Assembly (NCBI GenBank): GCA_035550655.1 | Contig: DASZOU010000037.1 | Location: forward strand, 19,159-83,158 | Reading direction: 5' to 3' | Length of the DNA: 64,000 bases | From: Mycobacteriales bacterium | GTDB taxonomy: Bacteria; Actinomycetota; Actinomycetes; JAFAQI01 | Shown here: positions 50,790-58,624 of the stretch, piece after piece | Layout: each line of letters starts with the position of its first letter | How positions within the stretch are numbered: position 1 is the stretch's first letter | Notes under the pieces: generated by a model | The model's input: only the letters and a program-made list of their open reading frames with translations | Databases searched by the model: none | Told to the model about the DNA's origin: nothing | Translations under genes and position numbers: made by a program

Positions 50790-51649
50790 CGCGCCACCCC
50801 CAGGACGGGGCGAAGCGGCGGATTCGCCTCCGGACCGCCGCCCATGTAGGCGAGCACCACGTCTTCGAGACTGAGCTCGTCGACCCGCCAGGCCGGATCA
50901 TGGATCGTGGCCTCCGTCCGCACGATCGCGGTGGTCTGCTTCTCCGTGTGGCTCGACCAGATGACCTGCAGGTCGGCCGGCAGCGTCGTGAGGTCCCGAC
51001 GCACCCCGCTGATCCGCCGGTGCGTGGCCAGCAAAGCGTCGACGTCGTCGGCCAGCTGTACTCGCGCGGCTGAAAGCAACACAAGAAAGTCACACACCCG
51101 CTCGAGGTCTGCGACCAGGTGCGACGACAGCACAACGCTGGTTCCGTGCTCGGCGACGTACGCCGTCAAGGTCGCGAGGAAGTCGCGCCGGGCGAGCGGA
51201 TCGAGTGCGGCGACCGGTTCGTCGAGCAGCAGCAGGTCGGGCCGCTTCGCCAGCGCAAGGGTCAGCGCGAGCTGCGCGCGCTGACCGCCGGACAGCTTGC
51301 CGGCCCGTTGTTTGGGATCGAGGCTCAGGGCTTCGACTCGTTCGGCCGCGAACGCCTGGTCCCATGAGGGATTGAGATGCGCGCCGAACTGCAAGTGGTC
51401 CGCTACCGACAGCGCCGCATAGACGGGAGCGTCCTGCGCCAAGAAGCCGCACTGGCCGTCCACCTCGACGCTGCCTTCAGTCGGCTCCAGCAGGCGCACG
51501 GCGAGGTGAAGCAGCGTGCTCTTGCCCGCGCCGTTCGGCCCGACCAGGCCGGCGATCCGCCCCTCAGGGACCTCGAGGTTGCAGTCGCGCAGCGCCCACT
51601 TGCGGCCGTAGCGCTTACCGAGGCCGGCGGCCGTCAGGATGCTCGTCAT
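50786..51649 (-). CDS. ABC transporter ATP-binding protein
   Basis: Walker A GPNGAGKST, signature LSGGQRAQLAL and Walker B LLLDEP are present. Confidence 0.85.
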   Translation of the reverse strand: MTSILTAAGLGKRYGRKWALRDCNLEVPEGRIAGLVGPNGAGKSTLLHLAVRLLEPTEGSVEVDGQCGFLAQDAPVYAALSVADHLQFGAHLNPSWDQAFAAERVEALSLDPKQRAGKLSGGQRAQLALTLALAKRPDLLLLDEPVAALDPLARRDFLATLTAYVAEHGTSVVLSSHLVADLERVCDFLVLLSAARVQLADDVDALLATHRRISGVRRDLTTLPADLQVIWSSHTEKQTTAIVRTEATIHDPAWRVDELSLEDVVLAYMGGGPEANPPLRPVLGVAR

Positions 51650-52062
51650 GCGATCTCCCGCGCCGATGCGAGGCGAAAGGTGTCGCGAAACAGCGCCTCG
51701 ATGCTCTCGTCATCGAGGCCGGCGGCTCGCGCCTTCACGAGCCAGCGCTCCAGCTCCCTTCGCAACGGCAGCTGCGCGGCGAGCGGCGCGTCGGACAGCG
51801 TCGCCGTAACGAAGGTGCCGACACCAGGACGGCCGGCGACGAGGCCGGCGTGCTCGAGCTCGCGATAGGCCTTGAGCACCGTGTTGGGGTTGATCGCCAG
51901 GGTCCCGACCACGTCCTTGACCGTGGGCAGCTGGTCGCCGGGCTCGAGTAGCCCTAGCCGCAGCGCGTGCCGGACCTGCTGGACGATCTGCAGGTAGGGC
52001 GAGACGCCCGACCGGCTGTCCAGATGGAACTCGATCACGGGCTTCCTCGCATCGGCAAACAC
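51646..52062 (-). CDS. GntR family (YtrA subfamily) transcriptional regulator
   Basis: GTG start. The wHTH block LPTVKDVVGTLAINPNTVLKAYRELEHAGLV is the GntR signature. It is short (138 aa), has a YtrA-like C-terminus, and is followed by the ABC ATPase and permease. Confidence 0.8.
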   Translation of the reverse strand: MFADARKPVIEFHLDSRSGVSPYLQIVQQVRHALRLGLLEPGDQLPTVKDVVGTLAINPNTVLKAYRELEHAGLVAGRPGVGTFVTATLSDAPLAAQLPLRRELERWLVKARAAGLDDESIEALFRDTFRLASAREIA

Positions 52063-52090
52063 CTATTCATCTAGTTGCCTAGATGAATAG
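52063..52090. promoter_or_regulatory. perfect 12-bp inverted repeat operator candidate (CTATTCATCTAG-ttgc-CTAGATGAATAG)
   Basis: The AT-rich palindrome sits in the 42-bp divergent gap between the GntR start codon (52062) and the MmcQ/YjbR-like start (52105). This is the typical position for a YtrA autoregulatory operator. Confidence 0.6.
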
Positions 52091-52104
52091 CACCACCGGT
52101 CCGC

Positions 52105-52515
52105 TTGCTGGTCAAGTACGTTCTCCACGTGGTGAGCCTCGACCGCGCCGCCGAGATCGCCCTCGGGCTGCCCGGCGCGGAGGAGGTCGACCGCCGGGGT
52201 CAGCGCACCTGGCGGCTCGGTGAGAAGACATTTGCCTGGGAGCGCACGTTCTCCAAGGCGGACATCCGCCGGTACGGCGAGGAGCCGGTGCCCGCCGACC
52301 CGATCCTCGCGGTCCGGGTGGCGGACGAGGCCGAGAAGACCGCGGTCCTTGCCGAAGACCGACCGGGGTTCTTCACCATTCCGCACTTCGACGGCTTCAA
52401 CGCCGTCCTGATCGAGCTCGGGCGGGCGAAGGTGGCGGACGTCCGCGAGGCGCTGGTCGACGCCTGGCTCGTCTATGCCCCGCCTGCGGTTGCGGAGCGT
52501 TACCTCAAGAGCTGA
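52105..52515 (+). CDS. MmcQ/YjbR family DNA-binding protein
   Basis: 136-aa ORF. The overall pattern (LGLPGAEE...TFAW...GFFTIPHFDG) resembles the YjbR/MmcQ family. Confidence 0.5.
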   Translation: MLVKYVLHVVSLDRAAEIALGLPGAEEVDRRGQRTWRLGEKTFAWERTFSKADIRRYGEEPVPADPILAVRVADEAEKTAVLAEDRPGFFTIPHFDGFNAVLIELGRAKVADVREALVDAWLVYAPPAVAERYLKS

Positions 52516-53746
52516 AGAGCGCTCGTGCGTACCAGTCCGCGGCATCCTGCACGCCGGGCAGCGCAAAGAAGTAACCGCCACCGACGGGAGACACGTAGTC
52601 GATCATCGGCTCGCCGACGAGACGCTTCTGCACCGCTTCGAACTGCGTGCGCAGGTTGCGCTGGAAGCAGTTGAAGATCAGCCCCATGTCGAGGTTGCCG
52701 TTGAGGTCGACGCCGCGGTCGTAGTTGTAGCCGCGTCGCAGGATGCGCGAGTACTCCGACTCCGTCGTCCTCGGGTTGGCAAGCCGGATATGAGCGTCGA
52801 GCGGGATGACAAGGCCATTCGGATCGTCGCGGTAGTTGGGGACGTCGTCCTCCTGGTACCCGTCCAGCGGCGCGCCCGAGTCGCGCTTGCGGCCGATCAT
52901 GCCTTCCTGCTCCGCGAGCGAGACGCGGTCCCAGAACTCGATGAACATCTTGATGATTCGGCAGACGTGATAGCTCCCGCCCGCCGCCCAATCCGGCTCG
53001 GTCCCGTCGCGTTGAGCCCAGAGCAGCGCCCTCGACACGAGGTTGTTGCTGACATTCGGGTTCGCGATCCCGTCTTTGAATCCGAGGTGGTTGCGCGGCG
53101 TGCCCGAAGGCCGCGGCGGCGAGATGAAGCCATCGATTCGCCATCGCAGCTGCATGCCGCCGCGGGTGTGCTTGGCGATGTCGCGCAAGGCGTGGATGGC
53201 AACGTCGGGACTTCCTGCGCAGATCTGCAGAAGCAGGTCCCCGCCAGTCTGTGCGGGGTCGAGATTGTCGTTGGGGAAGGCGCGCATCGGCGAGAGATGC
53301 ACCGGCTTGCGCCCATGAAGCCCGTATCGATCGTCGAACAACGACGATCCGACGCTTGCGGTGATGGTGAGCCCGTCTGCCGGAACCTCCGGACCGACCG
53401 TGCCGCTGTCTGAGGGCGGAGCGCTCTTCCCGAGAGCATGTGGCTTCCCGCCGGCCGTGAGGAAGCGCGCGCGATGGGTCAGCGTCTTGAGCAGCTCCAC
53501 CAGGCCGCCACGGTGATCTGCGGTGACATCAAAGGCCGCGTAGCAGGCAGCGGGCGGCGCCGGCGTCACGATGCCCGCCTGGTGGGCTCCGTGGAACGGC
53601 ACCGCGGCAAGCTTCGCCGCCGGCCCACCGTTGGGATTGCGCGCCGGCGGGCCGTCCTTCTGCAGCCCGGGACGGGGGACGGGGAGAGCCGCGCCGAGCG
53701 CAGCCAGCCCGGAGCCGGTGAGGAAGTTGCGACGGTCGAGGTTCAT
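52505..53746 (-). CDS. efeB: Tat-secreted Dyp-type haem peroxidase / deferrochelatase
   Basis: The Tat signal MNLDRRNFLTGSGLAAL is present, with a DyP fold with conserved distal Asp/Arg region and GxxDG-type block (GFKDGIANP). The ATGA start overlaps the efeO stop. Confidence 0.8.
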   Translation of the reverse strand: MNLDRRNFLTGSGLAALGAALPVPRPGLQKDGPPARNPNGGPAAKLAAVPFHGAHQAGIVTPAPPAACYAAFDVTADHRGGLVELLKTLTHRARFLTAGGKPHALGKSAPPSDSGTVGPEVPADGLTITASVGSSLFDDRYGLHGRKPVHLSPMRAFPNDNLDPAQTGGDLLLQICAGSPDVAIHALRDIAKHTRGGMQLRWRIDGFISPPRPSGTPRNHLGFKDGIANPNVSNNLVSRALLWAQRDGTEPDWAAGGSYHVCRIIKMFIEFWDRVSLAEQEGMIGRKRDSGAPLDGYQEDDVPNYRDDPNGLVIPLDAHIRLANPRTTESEYSRILRRGYNYDRGVDLNGNLDMGLIFNCFQRNLRTQFEAVQKRLVGEPMIDYVSPVGGGYFFALPGVQDAADWYARALFSS

Positions 53747-54642
53747 CAGGTGTTTCCTACCTGCAGGAGGTCGGGAATCGGTGCCAGCCGCTCGTCGGCT
53801 TGGCCCGCAGCGGCATCGATCGCTTCGCGCTTGCGGCGCGGGAGAGACTTGATCGCTGTCCAGTGGCCGTGGTGATGTGCGGTGCGTGCCACATTGACGA
53901 GCCGGGACAAGTCGTGGCGGGCTTTCCCGACGAGGTGAGGTCGCCGCTGTTTGATCAGCGGCGCGAGCAACGTGAGCACCTTATGGGTGGCCTGAACATC
54001 GGCGGTGACAGACGCGAGGGCGGTACCGCTGCCGTACTCGTCGTTGCCACTGAGAGTGTCCCGCACCGCGTCCTCGATGATCTCGTGGCTGCGCAGCACG
54101 AAGTTGCTCGCACCGTCGACGTCGGTCGGGATCGCCTTGGCCAGCGACACGTGAGTAAGGGTCGTCACCGCCCCCGCGAGCTTCCTCGCGTCGTTGCGCG
54201 CCGCGGCGAGGCGCCCGTGCCACAGGTCCCGCTCGACGCAATGAAAGCCGGTGAACTTCGGGTCGCGCACTCCCCCCGAATGGCCCGCGGCGGTGCCGTC
54301 GATTCGTTGCCCGAGATCGCCGAACACGCCGTACGCGCTGTTGTCCTGGCCGATGCGCAGCCAGATCAGCCGGGCGTCGAGCCACGTTCGCTTCGCACCC
54401 GCGCGATCTCCGGCTGCGAGCCGGCGCTGCAAGGTGTGAACTGCGGGCACCAAGGCCTCGATCCTGCCGTGCACGTAGTGGCGGTACTTGCGCAGGGCCG
54501 GGGCGAGGTCGCTCGGCTGCAACGGCTGGGCAGTGCTGCTGTGGGCCGACGCCGACCGCAACGCCCATTCGCCTGCCTGAGGAGGAGCTGCGGTCGCGCC
54601 AACCGCGAGCAGCGCGGCAAGTGCCAGAGCTGGAGTTCGCAC
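53746..54642 (-). CDS. efeO: EfeO-like imelysin (M75) iron-uptake component
   Basis: Signal peptide. A HxxE-containing imelysin-like helical domain is suggested (VHGRIEAL...; GFHCVERDLWH). It sits upstream of and is coupled to efeB. No efeU is in the window. Confidence 0.6.
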   Translation of the reverse strand: MRTPALALAALLAVGATAAPPQAGEWALRSASAHSSTAQPLQPSDLAPALRKYRHYVHGRIEALVPAVHTLQRRLAAGDRAGAKRTWLDARLIWLRIGQDNSAYGVFGDLGQRIDGTAAGHSGGVRDPKFTGFHCVERDLWHGRLAAARNDARKLAGAVTTLTHVSLAKAIPTDVDGASNFVLRSHEIIEDAVRDTLSGNDEYGSGTALASVTADVQATHKVLTLLAPLIKQRRPHLVGKARHDLSRLVNVARTAHHHGHWTAIKSLPRRKREAIDAAAGQADERLAPIPDLLQVGNT

Positions 54643-54768
54643 CGGGGGATAGTAAGGGTATCCTTACTAGCGCCGCAACCGAGGTGCAGGAAGTTCTCGA
54701 CCGGTGGCGAAACTGAACTCAGACTATGACACCAGCGTCATGGTCTGCGCACCTCCGGAGGCTCCTGC

Positions 54769-56172
54769 ATGCGACGCAGCAAGCTCGCCATCACGTCCTT
54801 CACCGGCCTTGCCGGTGTGCTGCTGTCGATCGCCGGAGCCGGTGCCGCGTACGCCGTGAGCGGCGGCGGCTACGGCTCACCGCAGCAGGACTGCCCGTGG
54901 GATGCCAGTGAGTGGAACACGCCGCAGTACATGACCTACGCGGGCTGCCACAACACCCAGCTGACGCTGGAGAGCGGCGGCATGACGGACGGCGTGCCCA
55001 ACAACCGTTACAACAACTCGCCGCGCCACGGCGAGCACGGCGCCGCCAACACCAGCTGGGTGCAGTTCGGGATCAACCAGTCCCCCAACGACGAGAACTC
55101 CAAGGGCACCGGGACGCTCTACTCGCTCGGCTACCCGGGGCAGAGCTCCGCGACGCACGCGGGGTGCCTCTCGGTCAACACCGACGGCACCAACGGCGGC
55201 CCCGTCCCACAGGGCAAGAAGCCCGAGTCGGTGAGCAAGGCCGCAAACCAGAGCAAGTACGGGTGCGGCAACAACAAGAAGGGGGCGGGCTTCGCCCTCA
55301 ACTGGGACTACTACAAGGTGTACTGCCCGCTGGCCGCAGCGCTGCCGTCGTTCCCCTACAAGTGCCAAAGCATCCCGGGCGGGGACGTCGGCAACAACAG
55401 CCTGACGCCGGACACCGGCACGGACCAGAACCTCACCAAGATCCTCACCCAGGGCTTCATCCTCTACTACGGGATGGACGACAACAGCGACAACGGCGAG
55501 CACGACGGCGAAGGGCCCCGCAGCTCGCCGCAGACGCAGGGCTCCGAAGTCGGGCCGTCCGACGGCGGTGCGGTCATGCTCGCCTTCACGCCGTACCGGC
55601 TGGCGCAGTCCGGCACCCTGAGCCAGCCCGAGGGTCTGCTCAACGCGGGCACCGGATTCTGCGCCGACGGCATCTGCGCCGGTGCGACCACCGAGAAGCA
55701 GATGATCTACCAGGGTTGCGACGCCAACACCGGCAACGCGAAGTCACGAGACCGCTGCCCGGCCGGCCGCAAGAACTCTCAGCGCGACTCCTTCGACTAC
55801 TCCGGTAAGCAGTGGGACCCGTACAACTGCAACAGCGGTGGCGAGCAGGACCAGCCGAGCAACAAGCCCCAGCCGGATGCTCCGAAGAACTGCGACACCG
55901 CGCAAAACAACGCCTCGCCCAGTGGATCGAGCAACACCAAGGGCGGGATGGACTACTGGCGGCGCCACGAAGCGCACACGGTCAGCAACGAGCCGGGCTT
56001 CCAGTTCTTCGAGGATCCGGACGCCATGGGGTCGCCGGCCCTGCCGATCTACCCGCTGCCGGCGATCTACGCCGGCACCTGCGGGGTCGCCCTTGGCGGC
56101 GGCGCGGTCGCCATGCCCGACTCGCCGATCACGAACAAGGCACACCAGCTGCGGATCAGCACCGGCTGCTGA
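54769..56172 (+). CDS. secreted Cys-rich Gly/Asn/Asp/Ser-rich protein of unknown function
   Basis: 467-aa ORF with a signal peptide (MRRSKLAITSFTGLAGVLLSIAGAGAAYA). About 20 Cys are spread over the length. No catalytic motif recognised. It is the first gene of a three-gene plus-strand cluster. Confidence 0.6.
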   Translation: MRRSKLAITSFTGLAGVLLSIAGAGAAYAVSGGGYGSPQQDCPWDASEWNTPQYMTYAGCHNTQLTLESGGMTDGVPNNRYNNSPRHGEHGAANTSWVQFGINQSPNDENSKGTGTLYSLGYPGQSSATHAGCLSVNTDGTNGGPVPQGKKPESVSKAANQSKYGCGNNKKGAGFALNWDYYKVYCPLAAALPSFPYKCQSIPGGDVGNNSLTPDTGTDQNLTKILTQGFILYYGMDDNSDNGEHDGEGPRSSPQTQGSEVGPSDGGAVMLAFTPYRLAQSGTLSQPEGLLNAGTGFCADGICAGATTEKQMIYQGCDANTGNAKSRDRCPAGRKNSQRDSFDYSGKQWDPYNCNSGGEQDQPSNKPQPDAPKNCDTAQNNASPSGSSNTKGGMDYWRRHEAHTVSNEPGFQFFEDPDAMGSPALPIYPLPAIYAGTCGVALGGGAVAMPDSPITNKAHQLRISTGC

Positions 56173-56176
56173 CCAG

Positions 56177-56701
56177 GTGGCCCTGACACGCCCGAGCCCT
56201 CGGGCGCTGGGCCTCGTGGGGCTGGTCGCAGCGCTTGCGTTCACGACCACGCTCGCGGGGCTCGAGTGGCGCCGCGCGGACCGCGACGCGTCTCATCTGC
56301 GCGCCCAGCTGCACCACAGCGCCCTCCGGCAGGCTGTCGCCGCACGTGCGGTCGGAGTTGCCACGAACCTCTTCACCTACGACTACCGCAACCTGGCGGC
56401 GACGCAGCGCTACCTGAGGTCTGCCGCCACCGGCGGGTTCGCCCAGCGCGAGGCGGCACACGACCCGGCCGTTCAGCAGCAGCTGAGGCAGGCGAAGGCG
56501 GTTGGGTCGGCGACGGTCAAGGAGGTGACGGTCTCCGACGTCTCCGCGATGCAGGCGACCGCGTTCGTCGTCGTGATGACGCACGTGAGCAGTACGACGT
56601 CAGGCAGCGCTGACGGGATTGCCTACCTGCATCTGCACCTGCGACTGGTTGGCGGGGTCTGGAAGGTCGACGACGTACAGAACCTCAGCGCGGCCAGCTG
56701 A
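56177..56701 (+). CDS. membrane-anchored protein resembling Mce-associated membrane proteins
   Basis: GTG start 5 nt after the upstream stop. It has an N-terminal TM helix (LGLVGLVAALAFTTTLAGL) and a C-terminal SnoaL-like-looking domain (YDYRNLAATQRYL...VKEVTVSDVS...VGGVWKVDDV). Confidence 0.45.
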   Translation: MALTRPSPRALGLVGLVAALAFTTTLAGLEWRRADRDASHLRAQLHHSALRQAVAARAVGVATNLFTYDYRNLAATQRYLRSAATGGFAQREAAHDPAVQQQLRQAKAVGSATVKEVTVSDVSAMQATAFVVVMTHVSSTTSGSADGIAYLHLHLRLVGGVWKVDDVQNLSAAS

Positions 56702-56736
56702 CAGGAGTACGTTGCGGGTGACGAGGGGTGGTCCCC

Positions 56737-57435
56737 ATGACCGTTCGACACCTGTTCGCGATCATCACCCTCACCACGACCGGACTGCTGGTCGACGCCG
56801 GAGCCGCGACGCCGGCCGGCGCGGCAGTGTCGTTCACCTGCGTCCCCTCCGATGCCAACACCTGCGTCGTGACGATCCCGTTGACCTCCGACATGAACGA
56901 GGCGGTGACCTCGACCATGCCGGACAACCAGCCGTGGTACCTGAACAACATCGACGGCAACGGAACCGTGCGGGCGCCGTACACGCTCACCGCCGATCAG
57001 TACGGCGGGAACTTCGACGGTCCGCCAGGTTCGACACAAGGCCATGTCTGGACCGAAACCCTCACGACCGGTGACAACGAACCATCTGGTGGCGACGCGG
57101 TACTCACGTTCCGGCACGTGAACAACACCACCGCCGTGCCGTACATATCGGTCGCCTACTCAGCACCTTCGACGGCCGTCCGCCATCAGGACGTGACGAT
57201 CTCCGGGAAGGCGAAGCCGCGGCCCGCAAAGGGGCACTTCGTGCTGCAGCGCAAGGGCGGCGGGAAATGGAAGACGATCGAGACCCTGACCTATCGCGCC
57301 AGGACCCATACCTGGCAGACGACCTTCGTATGGACGGCCGCGCGGCACTCGACCGTCACGCTCCGCCTCGAGGCGACAAAGGCGCCGGGCCTGCTCGCGA
57401 CGCCGACGCCGGCCTTCAAGATCCGGACGTCGTAG
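56737..57435 (+). CDS. secreted hypothetical protein
   Basis: ATG after a GAGGGGTGG RBS. It has a signal peptide and a beta-rich body with two Cys near the N-terminus (SFTCVPSDANTCVV). No family recognised. Confidence 0.5.
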   Translation: MTVRHLFAIITLTTTGLLVDAGAATPAGAAVSFTCVPSDANTCVVTIPLTSDMNEAVTSTMPDNQPWYLNNIDGNGTVRAPYTLTADQYGGNFDGPPGSTQGHVWTETLTTGDNEPSGGDAVLTFRHVNNTTAVPYISVAYSAPSTAVRHQDVTISGKAKPRPAKGHFVLQRKGGGKWKTIETLTYRARTHTWQTTFVWTAARHSTVTLRLEATKAPGLLATPTPAFKIRTS

Positions 57436-57442
57436 CCCAGCG

Positions 57443-58570
57443 TCAGCCGTCGAGCTGGCTGGCGAAGCGCTCCGCGACCTCGAGGTAGCCGGCGACCATC
57501 TCCTCGACGATCTCGCGGGCCGGCTTGACCCGGTCCATGAGCCCGACGCCCTGACCGACAAAGTACGTCGCGAGCTGCTCCGCGCCGCTCCCCGCGGTCC
57601 GCGCGTCCCGGGCGATGCGCACCTGTGCGTTGGCGACGAGCATGCTCTGCAGGGGCATCGGGAGCGGCGGTGGCGCTGCCTCCGCCTCCCACTCGTCGGT
57701 CCAGGGAGTCCGCAGCATGCGGGCCGGCTTCCCCGTCAGTGAGCGGGACCGCACCGTGTCGCTGGACGTCGCGGTGAGGAACTTCTGCTTCACCACCGGG
57801 TCGGTCTCGGCCTCGGCCGTGGTCAGCCAGACCGAGCCGCACCACACGCCTTGGGCGCCGAGCGCCATCGCCGCCGCCACCTGCTCCCCCGTGACGATCC
57901 CGCCCGCGGCAAGCACCGGCGTCGGCGCCACCGCCCGAACCACCTCAGGCACCAGCACCATCGTCGAGACCTGGCCGGTGTGGCCGCCGGCCTCGGTCCC
58001 CTGCGCCACGATGACGTCGACCCCCGCGTTGACCTGACGCTGAGCGTGCGACTTCGCGCCGACAAGCGCCGCAACGACGATGTCGCGAGCGTGCGCGCGG
58101 TCGATCAGCTCGGGCGTCGGCGGCCCGAGTGCGCTCGCGAGCAACCGGATGTCATGGGCAAGGGCGACATCGAGCAGCGTCGAGTTGGCCTCCGGCGACA
58201 CGCTCATCACGCCGCGTCTGCCGGTACCCGCGCCTTCTGGGATCTCCGGCACGCCGTGGCGCGACAGGATGTCGTTGACGAATGCGACACGGTCGGCCGG
58301 AATGAGGTCGGCGGCCGCACCCGCGTCGGCGGCGGCGGGCGCGGTCGGGACGAAGTTCACCGGCAGCAGCAGGTCGACGCCGTACGACTTGCCACCGACC
58401 TGCTCGTCGATCCAGGCGAGGTCGGTCTGCAACCCCTCAGGGCTATGAGCGACGGCTCCCAGTACGCCGATCCCGCCTGCGTTCGTGACTGCCGCGACGA
58501 CGTCGCGGCAGTGGCTGAACGCGAAGATCGGGAACTCGATACCGAGCCGGTCACACAGGGGCGTACGCAT
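57443..58570 (-). CDS. nitronate monooxygenase (NMO / 2-nitropropane dioxygenase family)
   Basis: The N-terminus MRTPLCDRLGIEFPIFAFSHCRDVVAAVTNAGGIGVLG is the canonical NMO FMN-binding block. The GTEAGGH catalytic block is present. Confidence 0.8.
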   Translation of the reverse strand: MRTPLCDRLGIEFPIFAFSHCRDVVAAVTNAGGIGVLGAVAHSPEGLQTDLAWIDEQVGGKSYGVDLLLPVNFVPTAPAAADAGAAADLIPADRVAFVNDILSRHGVPEIPEGAGTGRRGVMSVSPEANSTLLDVALAHDIRLLASALGPPTPELIDRAHARDIVVAALVGAKSHAQRQVNAGVDVIVAQGTEAGGHTGQVSTMVLVPEVVRAVAPTPVLAAGGIVTGEQVAAAMALGAQGVWCGSVWLTTAEAETDPVVKQKFLTATSSDTVRSRSLTGKPARMLRTPWTDEWEAEAAPPPLPMPLQSMLVANAQVRIARDARTAGSGAEQLATYFVGQGVGLMDRVKPAREIVEEMVAGYLEVAERFASQLDG

Positions 58571-58624
58571 GCCGCATTATTACGCGGCCCGGTATACCGC
58601 ACCGGCGCGCCGGACTGACCACCC

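Noticed and set aside
54650-54669. IdeR/DtxR iron box upstream of efeO
   Set aside because: The palindrome TAGTAAGGgtatCCTTACTA does not align with the 19-bp TTAGGTTAGGCTAACCTAA consensus. It is retained only as a generic operator candidate.
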